DNA of 62,649 bases, filler included, from Anaerolineae bacterium (GCA_029262755.1; 3 parts of 3 records of this genome joined end to end with filler, not necessarily neighbours in it), one strand, 5' to 3'; shown: positions 20,128 through 30,632, counted from the whole stretch's first letter. Notes: generated by a model not told the origin, from the sequence alone. Made by a program: numbers and translations.

Positions 20128-20969
20128 TGGAGGCCGCGGGTCGTTCGTCGACGTCGGATGCACGGGATGCCGACCTGGTGTTGGTCGACACGCACTGTCA
20201 TCTCGACGCCGAGGCCTTCGAGGGGGAGCCGATCGCAGGCCTGCTCGACCGGGCCCGCAAGGAGGGTATCACGCGTGTGGTTACCATCGGCACACGCGTG
20301 GAGACCAGTGAGGCCGCCGCCCGGATCGCCCGCATCCACAGCGGCGTCTGGGCCGCCGTCGGCGTCGATCCCAATGATCTGGACGACTGGCGGCCCGACC
20401 ATCTGGACAGCCTGCGCGCGCTGGCCCAAGGTCCGAAGGTGGTCGCGATCGGTGAGATCGGGCTGGACTACTATTGGGAGCGTTCGTCGCGCGACCTACA
20501 GCGTGCGGCCTTCGAAGCACAGTTGGAACTGGCCCAGGAACTCGACCTACCGGTGGTCATCCACAGCCGCGATGCGCACGAAGACGTCGCCTCGATCTTG
20601 TTGGCATGGGCGGCCGAGCACCCCGCGGTCGACCGACCGCTCGGCGTCATGCACTGTTACGCGGAGACGGTGGAGCGGGCACGTCCGCTCGTGGAGGCGG
20701 GGTTCTTGATCAGCCTGTCCGGAATCGTGACCTTTCGCAACAACACGATCGCGCCTCGCGTGGCGGCGGAACTGCCGCTCGAAGCGCTGGTACTGGAAAC
20801 GGACGCACCCTATCTCGCGCCCCACCCGCATCGCGGTAAGCGCAACGAACCTGCCTACGTCCGGCGGATCGCGGAATCGGTCGCAGCGGTCCGAAAAGAG
20901 CCTCTGGCGCACGTCGCCGCGCAGACCACGCACAACGCAGCCCGGCTGTTTGGATGGAACCAGGGATGA
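20124..20969 (+). CDS. tatD: TatD family DNase
   Basis: DTHCH, IGEIGLDYY, VVIHSRDA, HCY, LETDAPYLAP. Confidence 0.93.
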   Translation: MMEAAGRSSTSDARDADLVLVDTHCHLDAEAFEGEPIAGLLDRARKEGITRVVTIGTRVETSEAAARIARIHSGVWAAVGVDPNDLDDWRPDHLDSLRALAQGPKVVAIGEIGLDYYWERSSRDLQRAAFEAQLELAQELDLPVVIHSRDAHEDVASILLAWAAEHPAVDRPLGVMHCYAETVERARPLVEAGFLISLSGIVTFRNNTIAPRVAAELPLEALVLETDAPYLAPHPHRGKRNEPAYVRRIAESVAAVRKEPLAHVAAQTTHNAARLFGWNQG

Positions 20970-22018
20970 ACGCACCGAAGATGGACCTCGAAACCATCGC
21001 GCAAAGCCTGGATGAGCGCCTGGCTAGTCGCGGCGCCACCGCGGATGTCGCGGACGCCCACGGCGACCCGCTCGACGTCGTCCGGCCGGAGCTCGCGCGG
21101 TTGGACGAGCATCTCGTCGACGACCGCAACGTGGAGTTTCCGGTGGTGGCCGAGCTGCTGCGCTACGTGTTCAAGGCCGGCGGCAAGCGCCTGCGCCCCG
21201 CCATGGTGTTCCTGACCGCGCGCCTCGGCGATGCCGACGCCGATCAAGTACGCAACCTCGCCGCCGCCGTCGAGACGCTGCACACCGCCACCCTGGTCCA
21301 CGACGATCTGGTCGACGGCGCCATGCTGCGACGCGGCCTGCCCACCCTCAACGTCCGCTGGAGCGCCGGCGCGACGGTGCTGGCGGGCGACTGGCTCTTC
21401 GCCCGTGCCGCCGCCTTCGCCGCCGACACGGAGCACGTGCGCGTGATGAAGATCTTCGCGCGCACCCTGGGCACGCTCACCAACGGCGAGCTGCGCCAGC
21501 TCTTCGGCCGCGCCGGCGTGCCGGGACGCGAAGAGTACGAGGCGCGCATCTACGCCAAGACCGCCTCGCTCTTCGAAGCCGCGACGGAGGCAACGGGCGC
21601 GTTGCTCGACCTGGCCGCGCCGCAGATCGATGCGCTGGCCACCTTCGGGCGCGAACTCGGCTGCGCGTTCCAGGTCGTCGACGATCTACTCGATTTCACG
21701 GGTGACGCGGATCGTCTCGGCAAGCCGGTCGGCAACGACCTGCGCTCCGGCCAGGTCACGCTGCCGGCCATGCGCCACCTCGCACGCCATCCCGGCGCCG
21801 CGCCGTGGCTCACGGGCGACGGCGACGAGCCGGACGAAGCGACCGTCGCCGCCTTGGTCGCGGCCGTGCGCGCCGACACGGTGGCGCTGGACGAGACGCG
21901 CGAAGCGGCCAGGCAGCATGTCGCACGCGCGCTGATCGCCCTGGAGGCCTTGCCGGCCAACGACGGCACCCGCGGCCTCATGCGCATCGCCCGCTACGCC
22001 GTCGCGCGCGACGTCTAG
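20966..22018 (+). CDS. Polyprenyl diphosphate synthase
   Basis: GGKRLRP, HDDLVD and DDLLD aspartate-rich motifs, KTASLF. Confidence 0.93.
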   Translation: MNAPKMDLETIAQSLDERLASRGATADVADAHGDPLDVVRPELARLDEHLVDDRNVEFPVVAELLRYVFKAGGKRLRPAMVFLTARLGDADADQVRNLAAAVETLHTATLVHDDLVDGAMLRRGLPTLNVRWSAGATVLAGDWLFARAAAFAADTEHVRVMKIFARTLGTLTNGELRQLFGRAGVPGREEYEARIYAKTASLFEAATEATGALLDLAAPQIDALATFGRELGCAFQVVDDLLDFTGDADRLGKPVGNDLRSGQVTLPAMRHLARHPGAAPWLTGDGDEPDEATVAALVAAVRADTVALDETREAARQHVARALIALEALPANDGTRGLMRIARYAVARDV

Positions 22019-22030
22019 GCGGCTCGGCGC

Positions 22031-23002
22031 GTGAGCCGCTCGCCCGTCGTCGAAGCGGAACCTGCGCCGGGCCAAGGGGAGACGGTCCCGAGCGTCGGCG
22101 TTGCGATCGTCAGCTGGAACGTGCGCGAGCTGGTGCTGCGCTGCCTGGCCACCGTGCTCGCCTCGCCCGACGTCGGCAAGGTCGTCGTCGTCGACAACGA
22201 CTCCGCGGACGGCACGGCCGACGCCGTGCGTGCGCAATTCCCCGACGTAACGGTGATCGCGAATCGCGACAACCGCGGCTTCGCAGCCGCGAACAACCAG
22301 GCCTTCCGCGCCCTGGGCGACGCGCTGCCCTACACGTTGATCCTGAATCCGGACACGGAGCTCGTCGGTGATCCCATCCCCGTGCTGCGCGCGAGCCTCG
22401 AGAGCCGTCCCAAGCTCGGCGGCGTCGGTCCCCGACTACGCTACGGCGACGGCAGCGTGCAATCGTCGCGTCGGCGCTTCCCGACCGTGGCGGCCGCCCT
22501 CACCGAGAGCACGCCTTTCGAGTGGCACTGGCCGGCGCACCCCATCGCACGCCGGATGCGCATGGACGATGTGCCGGACGATGCACCGCAGACCGTCGAC
22601 TGGCTAAACGGCGCGGCGATCCTCTTCCGCAGGGCGGCTCTGGAGGAGGTCGGAGGCTTCGACGAAGGCTACTTCCTTTACTCTGAGGAGCTCGACCTCT
22701 GCCGCCGCCTCGCCGAGGCGGGCTGGACGATGGGCTTCGAGCCGGCGGCCGAGGTGCTCCACCTCGAGGGCAAGTCCAGCGAGCAGGTGGTCTGCGAACG
22801 CCACGTGAACTTCCTGCGCTCGCGTGTGCGCTACGTGCGCCGCTTCCACGGGCGCGCCGCGGCTGTGCTCGTACGCGCGGCGGTGTGCGCCATGTACGGG
22901 CTCGAGTGGGCCTTCGAAGCCGTGAAATGGCTCGTCGGGCACAAACGGGCGATGCGGCGCGAGCGAATGACGTGCTACGGTCGGGTGGTGCGCGAGGTTT
23001 GA
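22031..23002 (+). CDS. GT2 family glycosyltransferase (WbbL-like)
   Basis: VVDNDSADGT, NRGFAAANN, LNPDT, GGFDEGYFLYSEELDLC. Confidence 0.92.
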   Translation: MSRSPVVEAEPAPGQGETVPSVGVAIVSWNVRELVLRCLATVLASPDVGKVVVVDNDSADGTADAVRAQFPDVTVIANRDNRGFAAANNQAFRALGDALPYTLILNPDTELVGDPIPVLRASLESRPKLGGVGPRLRYGDGSVQSSRRRFPTVAAALTESTPFEWHWPAHPIARRMRMDDVPDDAPQTVDWLNGAAILFRRAALEEVGGFDEGYFLYSEELDLCRRLAEAGWTMGFEPAAEVLHLEGKSSEQVVCERHVNFLRSRVRYVRRFHGRAAAVLVRAAVCAMYGLEWAFEAVKWLVGHKRAMRRERMTCYGRVVREV

Positions 23003-23098
23003 AAGGCGAAGGACGCGCGGAGGTCGTGGGGCGTGACGTAGGGCGGCGGTCGTAGGACGTGGGGCGTGGGGCTTGACGTCGAGCGTCGAAGGTCGGAC

Positions 23099-23145
23099 GT
23101 CGAACGAGCGTCAATCGTCGAACGAGCGTCGAACGTCGAACGAGC
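23099..23145 (+). repeat. Three 18-bp-period repeats of GTCGAACGAGC
   Basis: GTCGAACGAGC at 23099, 23117 and 23135, preceded by degenerate short G-rich repeats from about 23020. Confidence 0.7.
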
Positions 23146-23222
23146 CTGGGACGAGGGACAGCCGAATTGGTGAGATTGTTGACGGACGAGCCCTTAGAGG
23201 TTGTGTAGGTAGGAGGTTATTC

Positions 23223-24578
23223 ATGCGCTTCACAAGGTCTAGATCATCGTGGACGACACGGCCTGCGTCGCGATGGAAGCTCCAGCGTACGGCGACCGTT
23301 GCAGCGCGGAGGTCGGGCCATCGGGCGGTGTTCGCGACTGTACGCGCGCCCACGTTGGCGCCGGCGCTCGTCGCTGTGCTTGCAGTGGCGATCGTCGCAA
23401 TCGTGTCCGCCGCGCCGCTCGTCGAAGCCCAGGGGACCGACGCACCGTGCACAATCCAGACTCAGGCCACCGTGTCGCCTACCCGAGCGCTGGTGGGTGA
23501 AGCGGTGACCGTCACGCTGGTCGCCGAGGCCGTATGCCCCGAGCTCGTTTTGCCGCAGGACATGATGCTTGCGCTGGATGCCTCGGGCTCGATGCAGGGC
23601 GAGCGTAGCGACGCGATGAAGATCGGTGCGAAGGCCGTGGTGACGGAGCTGTTGTCGTCCGCACTCCCGCCGGCCGAAGTGCGCGTCGGCGTTGTCATGT
23701 TCAGCACCGCCGCCAAGATCTTATGCCCCCTGGGCTTTGACCTAGGCAGGCTACTCCGCTGCGTGGATCGCGTCGGCGCTAGCGGGGGGACCAACGCGGC
23801 GGCGGCGCTGGACACGGCCCATCGTGAGCTGCTTCGCGGGCGGTCCGGGGGACCGGCGCCCGGCACCCAGAGCGTGCTGCTGGCCACGGACACCGAGTTC
23901 ATGAACGGCTGTGGCCAGATGCTAGCGTCCGCCGCGAAGTTGCGTGCGGATGGGGTGCACATCGGCGTGGCCTGCCTCTCCGCCACCTGCAACCGAGCGT
24001 GCGCCGGCAGGATCGTTACCAACCCCGCGCTGCTCGCCGCGACGGACGCGGTCACGGATGTGGAGGCGACCATCCAAGTCTTGGGCAGACGGCTCGCGGA
24101 CATCGCCGGGCCGAGACGTCCCGCGGAGCTCAGCATCCGGGCCTGGCAGGGCGCCGGGGCCCTCTTCGTGGCCGGCAGCGCGGTGCCTCCCGCGTCGACG
24201 CAGGCGGACAGCCTGACGTGGCGCTTCGGTCGACGCGGCATTCCGGGCGCGGCGCCCATTGGCCCGATGACGACGACGGTCCGCGTGCTTCCGACCGAGC
24301 TCGGCTCGGCGCCCGTGGCGCGCCGCGTCATCGCGTCCGTCGTCGACCACCTCGGTCGTTCCGTCTCGACGGAGTTCGATGTGCCGGACGTGCTCGCTAT
24401 GGCGCCGGGACCCGTGCCCACCGCACGCACACCGCGCCCCACGCCAAGCCCGACCGCAACGGCCTTCGATCGTGCGGGTCCGATCGTGCCGGGCAGAACG
24501 GGTCGCGCGATCCATCTTCCCGTCGCATGGCGTGGGATGGCGACGGGACGCTTGGCGGAAGGCGAGGACTCGCGATAG
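23223..24578 (+). CDS. Secreted VWA-domain protein (paralog 1)
   Basis: AGGAGG RBS; signal peptide; MIDAS DASGS; PT linker; IHLPVAWR near the C-terminus. Confidence 0.85.
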   Translation: MRFTRSRSSWTTRPASRWKLQRTATVAARRSGHRAVFATVRAPTLAPALVAVLAVAIVAIVSAAPLVEAQGTDAPCTIQTQATVSPTRALVGEAVTVTLVAEAVCPELVLPQDMMLALDASGSMQGERSDAMKIGAKAVVTELLSSALPPAEVRVGVVMFSTAAKILCPLGFDLGRLLRCVDRVGASGGTNAAAALDTAHRELLRGRSGGPAPGTQSVLLATDTEFMNGCGQMLASAAKLRADGVHIGVACLSATCNRACAGRIVTNPALLAATDAVTDVEATIQVLGRRLADIAGPRRPAELSIRAWQGAGALFVAGSAVPPASTQADSLTWRFGRRGIPGAAPIGPMTTTVRVLPTELGSAPVARRVIASVVDHLGRSVSTEFDVPDVLAMAPGPVPTARTPRPTPSPTATAFDRAGPIVPGRTGRAIHLPVAWRGMATGRLAEGEDSR

Positions 24579-24715
24579 CGGTGCGTTGCAGTAACCATGC
24601 TTAAAACGTCGCATCGCGGCGATTGGTCGTCGAGCACCAATGACGGCGCCACCTGCGCCCATCGTCCTGTCCCATTCTTGCCGCGCGTCGGTTAATCACG
24701 GTACGGAGGCGGCGA

Positions 24716-25951
24716 ATGCGACGTGGGACGACCATGGCAATCGCGGTGGTGCTTGCAGCCGCGGCGCAGGCGACGGGGATGTCGGGTGGCGCAGCGATGT
24801 CCGTGCGCGCGCAGGACGGCGTAGCGCCGTGTCGCATCACGACCATAACCCGTGCGGCGCCCGCACGCGTGTTGCTCGGTGAGTCCTCCCGTATCACGCT
24901 CGTGGCGGAGTCCACGTGTCCGGACCTGGTGATGGCGCAGGACCTGATCGTGATGGTGGATGCGTCCGGATCGATGTTGGGTCCGCACGGCGCCCCGACG
25001 AAGGCCGGCGCACGGTCCGTCGCGTCCGACATGCTTCGGGCTTCACCCGCCACCGGCGGGGTCCGTGTCGGGGTCGGCATGTTCAACAGCGTGTCCGAGA
25101 TGCTCTGCCCGCTCGGCACGAGCCTGAGCGCGATGCTCGGCTGCATCGACCGGGTCGTCGCGACGGGTGGATCGAAGGCCGAGCTCGCGCTCAAGGAGGC
25201 GCGGATGGAGTTCATTCGTGCGCTGAGGGTGAGCGGAGCGGCGACCAGGACTCGTGGCGTGCTGCTCCTCACCGACGCGGAGCTGCGCGATGCAGAATGC
25301 GAGCCGTTGAAGAAGGCCGCAGCCGAGATGGGTCCCGGTCACAGCACCGTGAGCATCGGCTCCGTGTGCATCTCGCCGCTTTGCGGTCGGGCCTGCCTGC
25401 GAGAGCTAGTGACGGAGCCGGATCTGTTCGCGGCGGTCGACGACGTCGCGCAGATCGAGCCGGTCATCCGGGACATCGGCCGGCGGCTCGCCGATCGCGC
25501 GGGACCACGGCGCGGATCGCAGATGAGCATCCGGGTCTGGCTGCCCGAGGACGTGGCGTACGTGGAGGGCAGCGCGAGGCCCGCTGCCAGCCGGCAGGCG
25601 GACAACCTGACCTGGCGCTATGGAAGCGCCGGTGTCCCGGGCGCCGCGCCGAGCGGGCCCGTGACGGTCACGTTCCAGGTGCGGCCGCTCCGTTCCGGTA
25701 GCGTGCGCGCGACCCACCGTGCCTTGGCGTCCGTCGTGGACCACCATGGCCGGCCTGTTTCCGCGGAATTCGACGTGCCGGAGCTCCTCGTCCTGGCTCC
25801 GGGACCGCCCGTCCCGACGGCGCGTCCACCGCGGCCAACGCCGCGTCCGACCGCGACGACCCCCGATCGGCCCGCGACGGGCCGGCCGCCGGGCTTGGGG
25901 CACGCGATCCACGTGCCGATCGCTTGGCCCGGTGAGGTGCCGGGGCGATAG
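24716..25951 (+). CDS. Secreted VWA-domain protein (paralog 2)
   Basis: GGAGG RBS; DASGS; collinear similarity with paralog 1 including the Cys pattern; IHVPIAWP near the C-terminus. Confidence 0.85.
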   Translation: MRRGTTMAIAVVLAAAAQATGMSGGAAMSVRAQDGVAPCRITTITRAAPARVLLGESSRITLVAESTCPDLVMAQDLIVMVDASGSMLGPHGAPTKAGARSVASDMLRASPATGGVRVGVGMFNSVSEMLCPLGTSLSAMLGCIDRVVATGGSKAELALKEARMEFIRALRVSGAATRTRGVLLLTDAELRDAECEPLKKAAAEMGPGHSTVSIGSVCISPLCGRACLRELVTEPDLFAAVDDVAQIEPVIRDIGRRLADRAGPRRGSQMSIRVWLPEDVAYVEGSARPAASRQADNLTWRYGSAGVPGAAPSGPVTVTFQVRPLRSGSVRATHRALASVVDHHGRPVSAEFDVPELLVLAPGPPVPTARPPRPTPRPTATTPDRPATGRPPGLGHAIHVPIAWPGEVPGR

Positions 25952-26339
25952 GCCTGAGGCTTCGCCTCGCGACGATCGAGCGGAGCTGGGTACGCAATCG
26001 CATTTGCGCTCGCACACGACCCGCACGTGCGCTCGCACACGAGCCCGCGCCTGATCCCGATCCCGACCCGGTGGACGCACCGGCCACTCGGCACGTTTGT
26101 CAGCAGTCGATTCGTCACTCACCATTTACTCACGTACTGAGATTTTTTGGGTAGGCAGAGGGCGTGCGCCGCGGGACGCGAGCGCATGCCTCGTGGGGCG
26201 AGATGCAGCGTCGCCAACGCGTCGTTCGGACCATGGTCCTCTGTCAACCGGAAAGAGTCGTGTTGGCTAGAAGTCCGCGTGGGGCATGCTTCCCCCTCCG
26301 CGGACTCCGGTCGATGTGCTCGCCCGCACGGAGGCCGTG

Positions 26340-27931
26340 ATGACCGCACTCACTCGCCGTTTCTTGCAACCAAACGCATGGATGGGCGCGCCCCTGCTCG
26401 CCGCCCTCATCGTCTTGGCGTCCAGTTCGGCCGCTGTGGACGCGCAGTCCCCCCAATACGAGGTCAACCATCCGCCGCGCGTCCAGCTCGGGGATGCGCC
26501 GCTGGACGGCTACGCCGGCAGCGCGGACGATCAGGTCCAGATCATCTGGCAGACGATCCCCGCCGGCAGCGGCACGCAGGATTCCTTCGCGATCGACTAC
26601 CGCCTCGTGGGCGATGTCACGTGGATCGATGCGGGTACCACGAGCACGATCACGACCGGTGTCGGCGGGCGAATCAACCACTTCGTGGACATCACCGGCC
26701 TCGATTGGTACGCCGACTACGAATACCGTGTGGAGCATCTGCGTGCCGCGACGGTGGTTGCGTCGTGGCAGGCCGTCTTCCGTACGCGACTGCAGAAGAA
26801 CGACACGACGCCCTATGTGTTCACCGCTTACGGTGACTCCGCGTACACGCCGGCGATCCAGGGCTTCCGGGATGTCCAGGATCGCATCAACGTCGCCGAC
26901 CCCGACTTCGCCATCCTGCTGGGCGACAACTGCTACAACAACGGCTCGCACGACGAGATGGATGCGCGTTTCGACGACGACGAGGTGCCGGAAGCGCAGA
27001 TCTGGAACTCGTCGCACATCGACTACGTCGGCCTCGGCAACCACGACGTCGGCACGGGTAGCGGCAAGCCGAGCGAGGACAACTTCGCGGTGCCGATTCC
27101 CGTGGACGGCGTGACCGCACCGGCGGAGCCGCCCGCGGGCGAGCGGGACGAGCACAATTACGGCTTCGACTACGGCATGGTCCACTTCATCACCTTCGAC
27201 ACGAACAGCCTGCACAGCGCGAGCCGGCTCGATGCCCAGCTGCAATACATCGAGGACCAGCTCGCCGCGGTCACGTCCACCTGGACGATCGTGTTCGGCC
27301 ACCACCCGGTGGGCGGCGTGCCGGACAAGCCCGAGGGACCCGGCGACAATTACTTTCAGCAGGTCGTGCCCCGGCTCAAGGCCGCGGGCGTCGACCTCTT
27401 CGCGGTCGGTCACTCGCACACCTTTGGTTGGAGCTATCCGCTGATTGACGAGTCCGCCGGCGAGGCGGTCTTCGTGCTCGACACGGACAAGGATTACGCC
27501 AAGGGCGACGGTCTCGTGCAGCTCGTCTCCGGTTTGGGCGGCCGATCACTTCGGTCGGGCACCTTCTCGCAGTTCCCCTTCGTCGCGCAGGGCTACTCGA
27601 CCAGCACGAGCCCGCCGGGCGAGTACGGCACGGCGATGCTCTACGTCAACGAACAACAGCTGACCGTGCGCTACGTGGCCGCGGACGACGGCGAGATCCT
27701 CGACCAGTTCACGATCACCGACGGAACGCCGCCGCAGACGGTCACGGTCGAGGCGACGGACGATACGGCCACGGAGAACAGCGCGGACACGGGCACCTTC
27801 CGTATCACGCGCGACAACACGGTCGGTGAGCTCGAGGTTCACTTCACGCTCGACGGGACTGCGGTCGACGGCGCCGACTTCAACACGCTCGGGATCACGA
27901 CCACCCTCGCGGACGGCGTTGCGACGGCCGA
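26340..27931 (+). CDS. Secreted purple acid phosphatase-type metallophosphoesterase with Calx-beta-like domain (3' truncated by contig end)
   Basis: Signal peptide, FN3-like N-domain, YGDS, GDNCY, GNHD, GHHP, GHSH; GTAVDGADF Calx-beta-like segment. Confidence 0.85.
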
Positions 27932-28031
27932 NNNNNNNNNNNNNNNNNNNNNNNNNNNNNNNNNNNNNNNNNNNNTTAATTAATTAANNNNNNNNNNNNN
28001 NNNNNNNNNNNNNNNNNNNNNNNNNNNNNNN
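27932..28031. other. Artificial contig spacer
   Basis: 44 N + TTAATTAATTAA (stops in all six frames) + 44 N. Confidence 0.97.
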
Positions 28032-28032
28032 C

Positions 28033-28173
28033 ACCACCTTCGGCGGCCTCAACGTCTTCGACGGCGAGTACCCCGGCGACGACTGGACCCTCCGCATCAC
28101 CGACAACCTCCCCGGCGACAACGGCGAGCTCCGCAACTGGACCATCCAGGTAAGCACCGAGCCCATCCCGTAG
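28033..28173 (+). CDS. C-terminal fragment of a proprotein convertase P-domain protein (5' truncated)
   Basis: Manual translation TTFGGLNVFDGEYPGDDWTLRITDNLPGDNGELRNWTIQVSTEPIP*, matching the W-x-L-x-x-x-D...D-x-G-x-L-x-x-W P-domain pattern. Not in the ORF track. Confidence 0.75.
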   Translation, partial: TTFGGLNVFDGEYPGDDWTLRITDNLPGDNGELRNWTIQVSTEPIP

Positions 28174-28777
28174 CGCCTGACACTAGGGCGTAGCCGGCCC
28201 GGGATCCCGTGCCCGGGCCGGCCCCACGCCCAGCTCGCCACGACCGCGGACGTTGATCGCGGAAGGTGAGACTAAGGGGCAGCACACGTAGGAACTGGAA
28301 GAACGCAGTTGCAGTTGCAGTTGCAGGCGCAGGTCGCAGCGACCGGGCAGCGAGACACGGAAAACAACTCGGCCCGGTATCAAGAACACCTTCTCAAAGC
28401 AACACACGGAACACACGGCGCGCGCAGCAAACGGTCGCGAAGATGGTCGCAGCGACGACGCAGCATCGCGATCCACGTGCCGGCAGCACGATACGCAGCA
28501 CGCAGCGCAGCATCCCCGCAACCGCGGGACGGGTGGCCACCCGCCGACCTCCGGCCATCCCGTCTCGCGGTTGTGTTTGTTGTTGTGGGCAGGTAGATAC
28601 GGCTCGTTGGATCGACCGGAATCGCACGGACTAGGTTCGAAGCTCTCGGACCCGTGGCGACGCTTTGCGGGGAAGGCACACTCCTACCCTCGCCATCTGG
28701 AATCGCCTAGTGCGGTCGAGAGGCAGAAGGCCACTACGCCCAACGGTCAGGTTCGCGAGGTCTTGGGCGAGCGCTAC

Positions 28778-28954
28778 GGGGTGCGGGGTACCCTCCGCCC
28801 AGGAGCTAGGCGGCCCCGCGCGGAAGGCGCCGTGGTGGGAGTGGGCCCGTGAAGGAGCAGGAGCGCCTTCCGCGCGGGGTAGTCCCACGTGTGCCCGAAA
28901 AGCCGCCACGATCGCAGGCCTTCGAGCTCCTGGGCTCCGGGCACCCCGCCCCCC
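28778..28954. ncRNA. Candidate structured RNA or nested inverted-repeat element (family unknown)
   Basis: Outer stem 28778-28807 pairs with 28925-28954 (11-bp perfect core); inner perfect 17-bp stem 28814-28830 pairs with 28863-28879. Confidence 0.4.
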
Positions 28955-29102
28955 TTCGCTTTTGTAGGGAGACGGCCCCTTTGGGCTGAGGGAGGCGAGG
29001 GGGATCGTGGACTCGGGCAGCTTACCCTCGTTCCGCCTGAACGCGAGTGACCCGGTTCCACGTTTGGGGCTTAGCTGGGGCTGGAATTCGGCGCAACGTC
29101 CA

Positions 29103-30632
29103 TCAACCGAACGTCTGCGGGAAGAAGTCGCCGGCGCGGCGCCTTGGGTAGGGGATGGCTGCGGACTTGTGGGCCTTCTCGTTGGACCACGCCCATCGGT
29201 AGTGTGTGGAAGAGCCGTGCTCGATGTGCATCGCCACGCGGAAGCCGATCCTGGAGTTGCGGCGAGCGGGCAGTTGAGGCTTGCGCGTCGAAGATCGGGC
29301 GAAGTACGGATCGTCGAGCCACGAGCCCCCTTTGGTTACGCGCGCGACGTGCGGGGGCGCGAGCACGTCTTCCCGAAGTGGTTCGAGGGGGGCGTACGGG
29401 TAGGGGTGCTCGGCGCGCGCGAGATCGGGGCCCCATAGACTGCGCGTCCACTCCCAGACGTTGCCTGCCAGATCGTGCACGCCCTCCGGCGTGGCGCCGG
29501 CAGGGAATCCGCCTACGGGAGACGGGTGACCGACATTGCCGACCCGTGTGTTGGCATGCTGTCTTTGGCACGCATAGCCATGCGGGTACAGGCGCCCGTC
29601 CTCGCCTCGTGCGGCGGCTTCCCATTGGATCTCGGAGGGCAGGTGAAAGGCGTAACCACTCCGCGCGGAGAGCCAGCGCACGTACGCCTCGGCCTCGTGC
29701 AAACTGACGCCCACGACGGGCTGCATGGAATCGAGGAATCGCGGCTTCAACATGTATGCAGGGGCTTTCGGCGGCTCCGTCGGGTACCAATTGGCTACGA
29801 TAGCCTCGAACTGCTTCGGAGCTAGCCTACTGTGTAGTTGGTAGTCACTGGCCACGACAGGATGGAGCCGCTTCGCATTAGCCCAGGCTTGGAAACCGGC
29901 GTTGTCGCGCGGTATGGCCCGCCAGGTGGCCAAGAGATGCGCACGCACTGCGGCCACCGACTCACGTTCTCCGCGAAGCCAAGAGATGCCTCCGGGTCGG
30001 GTCCACCATTGTTCGTCCCGGTACCCGCCGGCCGCGACGAAGGCCCTGAATTCGAGGTTCGTCACAGGGAAGACCCCGATGGCGAAGGCCCCAAGACGCA
30101 CCCGATGCACGGGACGCTCGTTCACGCTAAGGTCGCGCGCACCGATTGGATACACGCCGGCCCGAATCGGCAACAGAGGCGGCCAACAGTAGTCGCCGAG
30201 CGGCCCGTCCATTGGCCCGAACGGGGGGGATAGCATACGGCTCATTGTCTGACGGGAGGCCTGCGTCACGTCGACCCTGAACGCGCGCGGTCCCCCATCC
30301 TCCGGAACCTCCCCGGCCTCCGTAGGCGGAGCCTCGAGCCGGTCGGCTATCTTGCCCATCGCGTAGGCGCGCCCTGGAGCCAGGTCTTCGGCGACGTAGC
30401 GAAGGAACGGCACGAGGGTTCCAAGTAAAGCCAACTCGTGCACGATGGCCATGGCCGCGGCGCGGGGCCCGCCTTGCTCTGCGAGCTCCGCGGCTAGGCT
30501 TGGGTCCGGTGCGAACTCGGCGAGCGCCCACAGCAACAAGCGCTGGCGTCCAGCCGGGGTCGCCATCATGGGCACGTCTTCAAGCAAGACGACCAGCTCG
30601 TTGAATTCGTCATTGGTAGGTCGGTTTCCCAT
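29103..30632 (-). CDS. FGE-sulfatase (SUMF1/C-type lectin fold) domain protein with N-terminal EAD8-like helical domain
   Basis: NERPVHRV, PVTNLEF, PVVGVS, LPSEIQWEAAARG, DLAGNVWEWT, KGGSW...IGFRV; about 100 aa helical N-terminus resembling an effector-associated domain. Confidence 0.85.
   Translation of the reverse strand: MGNRPTNDEFNELVVLLEDVPMMATPAGRQRLLLWALAEFAPDPSLAAELAEQGGPRAAAMAIVHELALLGTLVPFLRYVAEDLAPGRAYAMGKIADRLEAPPTEAGEVPEDGGPRAFRVDVTQASRQTMSRMLSPPFGPMDGPLGDYCWPPLLPIRAGVYPIGARDLSVNERPVHRVRLGAFAIGVFPVTNLEFRAFVAAGGYRDEQWWTRPGGISWLRGERESVAAVRAHLLATWRAIPRDNAGFQAWANAKRLHPVVASDYQLHSRLAPKQFEAIVANWYPTEPPKAPAYMLKPRFLDSMQPVVGVSLHEAEAYVRWLSARSGYAFHLPSEIQWEAAARGEDGRLYPHGYACQRQHANTRVGNVGHPSPVGGFPAGATPEGVHDLAGNVWEWTRSLWGPDLARAEHPYPYAPLEPLREDVLAPPHVARVTKGGSWLDDPYFARSSTRKPQLPARRNSRIGFRVAMHIEHGSSTHYRWAWSNEKAHKSAAIPYPRRRAGDFFPQTFG

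Noticed and set aside
27932..28031. TTAATTAATTAA palindrome, repeated at 55416-55427
   Set aside because: Flanked by identical 44-N runs, so it is an assembly spacer. Genes either side are not truly adjacent, and the phosphatase and P-domain fragment should not be fused.
28831..28862. SRP RNA or 6S RNA identity for the structured element
   Set aside because: GGGCCCGTGAAGGAGCAG only loosely resembles SRP helix 8, and the central bubble is too asymmetric for 6S. Left unassigned.
28174..29345. Diversity-generating retroelement targeting the FGE-domain gene
   Set aside because: No reverse transcriptase, and I found no adenine-variant template copy of the 3' region in the window. The GTT-rich patch near 28570 does not align to it.
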